Origin: an uncultured delta proteobacterium
GTDB lineage: Bacteria; Myxococcota; B64-G9
DNA: 64,000 nucleotides
Reading direction: 5' to 3'
NCBI GenBank assembly: GCA_963754925.1
Contig: CAVWHX010000001.1
Coordinates: 160,001 to 224,000 of the forward strand
The notes beneath the pieces were generated by a model. The model had not been told where the DNA came from. It saw nothing but the letters and a program-made list of their open reading frames with translations, and ran no database searches. The stretch's first letter is position 1, and every line of letters starts with the position of its first letter. A program made the position numbers and the translations under genes. Of this stretch, positions 61,362 to 64,000 are shown in pieces.

Positions 61362-64000
61362 ATGAGATCTAAAAAAATCCTGTTCATTGAACACGAAAAG
61401 GACTTTGCCACCTCTCTGGCTGCAGTATTGAGCGATGGTCAGCATCGTTTCTTTTTTGTCGAGCAGGGTAAAACAGCATTTGATGAAGCGGTTCAGATCC
61501 GTCCCGATCTGATTATTTTACGCGCTGAGCTGCCTGATAGTTCTGGTTACTCGCTCTGCACACGCATCGGCAAATCGCATGAGCTCGGCCAAGTCCCCAT
61601 TCTTTTGTTGTCGTCGGAAGCTACCGACGAAGCAATCGAAAAGCACCGCAAGGGCAAGCACCCGGCTGATGAGTATCTGATAATGCCGTTCGATATGGAG
61701 GAATTCAGAAAGCGGGTGAATGCGCTTATCGGCGTGGAATCTTCGCCGCCGCCAGAATCAATTGCAGCGACACACGAGCGCAAACTGACGGAAAAGGATG
61801 CTCTGGAAGCTGCGTCGGATTCATTGATCGCTTCCTTAAGCGATGCCGAGAAACTTCCGGAAGCCGCACCCTATGAGGCGTTACCATCGGCCGAGGCTGA
61901 AGCTCAGCCTGATCAGGAGTCACCGGGAGCAGCGCATCCTTCCGTTGCCGAAGCACCTCGCGCTGAAGATGATGTCGAATCGATCGATGATTCTGAGATT
62001 GTCGAGCAGCTTGAACTCGAGCCGCCCGAGTTTCAGCGCCCGCCCGATCTGCCTAAGGAGCGGAAAATCGTCAGCGATCAGGACCTCGCTTTTGTCGACC
62101 AAGCGTTTGAGTCAATAAAGGAGACCCGTAAAGAACTCGAGAGCGAACGCCCCGAGATAAAAGAACAGAAGAAGAAACCGCTCCCGAAAGGTGGATTAGA
62201 GGAAAAGCTCGATTTTTTAAGGGATAAGCTCAAGCAACGCGAGACGGAAATCGCCCGCTTGGCAGAGATATGGGAGGCCAAGGAGCAAGAGTTCTCCGCC
62301 TACAATGAGCGATTGCTTGATAAAGAGGTCGAGATCCAAGGCCTGAGAATGCGGGTGGAAGATTTAGAGCGCAAACTTGAGGAGTCGCGCTCTGATGCCG
62401 AGCAACAGGCCAAAGAGTTCAAGACCTCGATCGATTCCTTGATGGAGGAGAAGGTTGCTACCGAGAACGAGCTGATTCAGGTTGTCGCGGGCAAGGAAAA
62501 ACAGATCAACGACCAGCGGGTGACCATCTCCAAGAAAGATCGCGATGGCGAAGCCCTGGAGCGGGATCTGCGGGGAAAAATTAGAGAAGGCGAGGAACAG
62601 TACGGCCGGTTGAGCCAACAACTGCAGAATACCACCGAGGAGGCGTCCGAGCGCGAACGCGGTCTGAAGGAAAAAATCTCTGGCTTGGAGAGTAACCTCC
62701 AAGCTCGCAACGAGCATATCGTTGGCCTCGGCCAGGAACTGAAGCAACTCGGTGAAGAGAAGAGTGCTTCGGAAAAGGCGCTCGGTGAGCGCATCGCCGA
62801 TCGCGAAGAGCGCATCGCCGGGCTTGAGCAGGATCTCGAGACGCTCAGAGATGAAAAGCAACAAAGCGAGCGGCAGCTTAATGAAAGTATTCAAGTCCAC
62901 CTTGAAAACGCCGGTCGTCTTGAGGGCGAACTCAGCCAATTGCGCGCGCGCACGCAGGAGGAGGCGCATTCCAATCAGCAACAAATTGAAAAGCTTGAGG
63001 AGGGCATTGTTGCTCTCGACGACGCGCTCAAGAAACTGCAACGCGAGAAGGAAGAGCAGCAGCAGCGTCTCGCGGCGCGGCTGGACGATCGGGAATCGCG
63101 TATCCGGAGTGTCGAAGAAGAACTGGGGCTGCTCCGTGATGCCAAGGTCGACCAGGAGCAGCGGCTCGGGCAACGCCTGAGTGAACGCGAGCAAAAAATC
63201 GAGGTGCTCCAAAAAGAGCTTGAAGAAGCGCGCCAAGAGCTTGCGACCGCTACCGACACGCTCGAGGGCCAAACCCGTGATCTCCAAGAGCAGGTCCGCG
63301 ATCTGGAACAGAAACTCTTGGTTACCCGCAAGGACAAGGAAGTCGCCACGCGCGATATCGAACGCTTGACCGCCGAACTGGCCGAGCGAGCAAGCGACTT
63401 TGAACGGCAGCTCACCGCATTGCGCCAAGCCAAGATCGATGGCGAAGAAGATCTTCGCTCGCAGATGAACACCGTCGAACAGCTCCTGCAGAAAAAGGAA
63501 CAGACGCTTGAAGCAACCGATCACGAGTTGGCGGAGCGCGAGCAAGCGATTGCCGATCTGCGTAAGGAGTACGATCAAGCGGCCCACGCGCACGAATTGC
63601 AGGCGCAAGAGTTGGATGGCGAGCTCGATGCCCTGCGCACGGAGCGCAAACGCGTTCAGAATGAGCTGGACCAGCAACGCGCCAAATATGCCGAAGAAGT
63701 CACCAGGCTCAACCAGGAACGCGAACACGAGCAGGAGCAGTATCGAATCGAGCGTGCGCGCCTGGATGGGGAACTCTCTGATCGCGCCGGGAGAATTATC
63801 GGCCTTGAGGCGCAGTTTGCCTCGGCGCAGGAGACGCGCGCGCGTTTGGAAGAGGAGCTCTTAGAGGAACAGAACCGCGCCGAGAAGGCCATGTTGACGC
63901 ACGCCGAGCAGTTGGCCGAGATTCAAGCCAACGCGGATGCCGAAAACACGGCCCTGCATCAGCAAATCGAAGAGCGCGATGGTCGCATCGCGGATCTCGG
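61362..64000 (+). CDS. aglZ: AglZ-like gliding-motility protein: pseudo-receiver and very long coiled coil (3' end beyond the window)
   Basis: Missing from the ORF track because it runs off the end. Manual translation MRSKKILFIEHEKDFATSL...RPDLIILRAELPDSSGYSLC...LLLSSE...ADEYLIMPFDM resembles the M. xanthus AglZ receiver. E/R/L-rich heptads follow. Confidence 0.75.
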   Translation, partial: MRSKKILFIEHEKDFATSLAAVLSDGQHRFFFVEQGKTAFDEAVQIRPDLIILRAELPDSSGYSLCTRIGKSHELGQVPILLLSSEATDEAIEKHRKGKHPADEYLIMPFDMEEFRKRVNALIGVESSPPPESIAATHERKLTEKDALEAASDSLIASLSDAEKLPEAAPYEALPSAEAEAQPDQESPGAAHPSVAEAPRAEDDVESIDDSEIVEQLELEPPEFQRPPDLPKERKIVSDQDLAFVDQAFESIKETRKELESERPEIKEQKKKPLPKGGLEEKLDFLRDKLKQRETEIARLAEIWEAKEQEFSAYNERLLDKEVEIQGLRMRVEDLERKLEESRSDAEQQAKEFKTSIDSLMEEKVATENELIQVVAGKEKQINDQRVTISKKDRDGEALERDLRGKIREGEEQYGRLSQQLQNTTEEASERERGLKEKISGLESNLQARNEHIVGLGQELKQLGEEKSASEKALGERIADREERIAGLEQDLETLRDEKQQSERQLNESIQVHLENAGRLEGELSQLRARTQEEAHSNQQQIEKLEEGIVALDDALKKLQREKEEQQQRLAARLDDRESRIRSVEEELGLLRDAKVDQEQRLGQRLSEREQKIEVLQKELEEARQELATATDTLEGQTRDLQEQVRDLEQKLLVTRKDKEVATRDIERLTAELAERASDFERQLTALRQAKIDGEEDLRSQMNTVEQLLQKKEQTLEATDHELAEREQAIADLRKEYDQAAHAHELQAQELDGELDALRTERKRVQNELDQQRAKYAEEVTRLNQEREHEQEQYRIERARLDGELSDRAGRIIGLEAQFASAQETRARLEEELLEEQNRAEKAMLTHAEQLAEIQANADAENTALHQQIEERDGRIADL

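Noticed and set aside
62364..63728. 454-aa Leu/Phe-rich ORF on the - strand
   Set aside because: Antisense shadow of the AglZ-like coiled coil.

Overview
A 64-kb chromosomal window from a GC-rich bacterium, most likely Myxococcota or a related deltaproteobacterial lineage. The taxonomic clues are FrzS-like and AglZ-like pseudo-receiver/coiled-coil proteins, PEGA and DUF4388 proteins, and giant Cys-rich lipoproteins. Contents in order: a secreted C39-like/esterase fusion; an AKR/beta-hydroxyacid DH/tkt/gnd/zwf/pgl pentose-phosphate cluster; an SDR, ygiD and an aminotransferase; two paralogous Cys-rich surface lipoproteins with a near-identical C-terminal block; GH57-glgA-DUF4388-rarA; a degenerate REC-GGDEF; coaX; an AT-rich island with three small membrane ORFs, a 170-bp fold-back element and hicBA; EF-G2, eda and frzS; an ECF sigma/anti-sigma pair; PEGA proteins flanking purA; endonuclease IV and an OPT transporter; an SCP2/Fe-ADH/ALDH cluster with an internal duplication; tRNA-Lys and tRNA-Glu; a NuoE/NuoF/GltD-NuoG operon with the architecture of the Stn electron-bifurcating transhydrogenase; and aglZ, which runs off the end. 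About a dozen genes are broken by 1-nt indels, mostly in short homopolymers, which points to an unpolished long-read assembly rather than real pseudogenes. The most novel-looking signal is a dispersed family of 50-56-bp double-hairpin units bounded by TAGAG. They have covarying stems, GNA triloops and tandem GA pairs, all lie on the + strand, three loci start exactly at an upstream TAG stop codon, and some form tandem arrays. All calls come from reading motifs by eye; no database searches were run.
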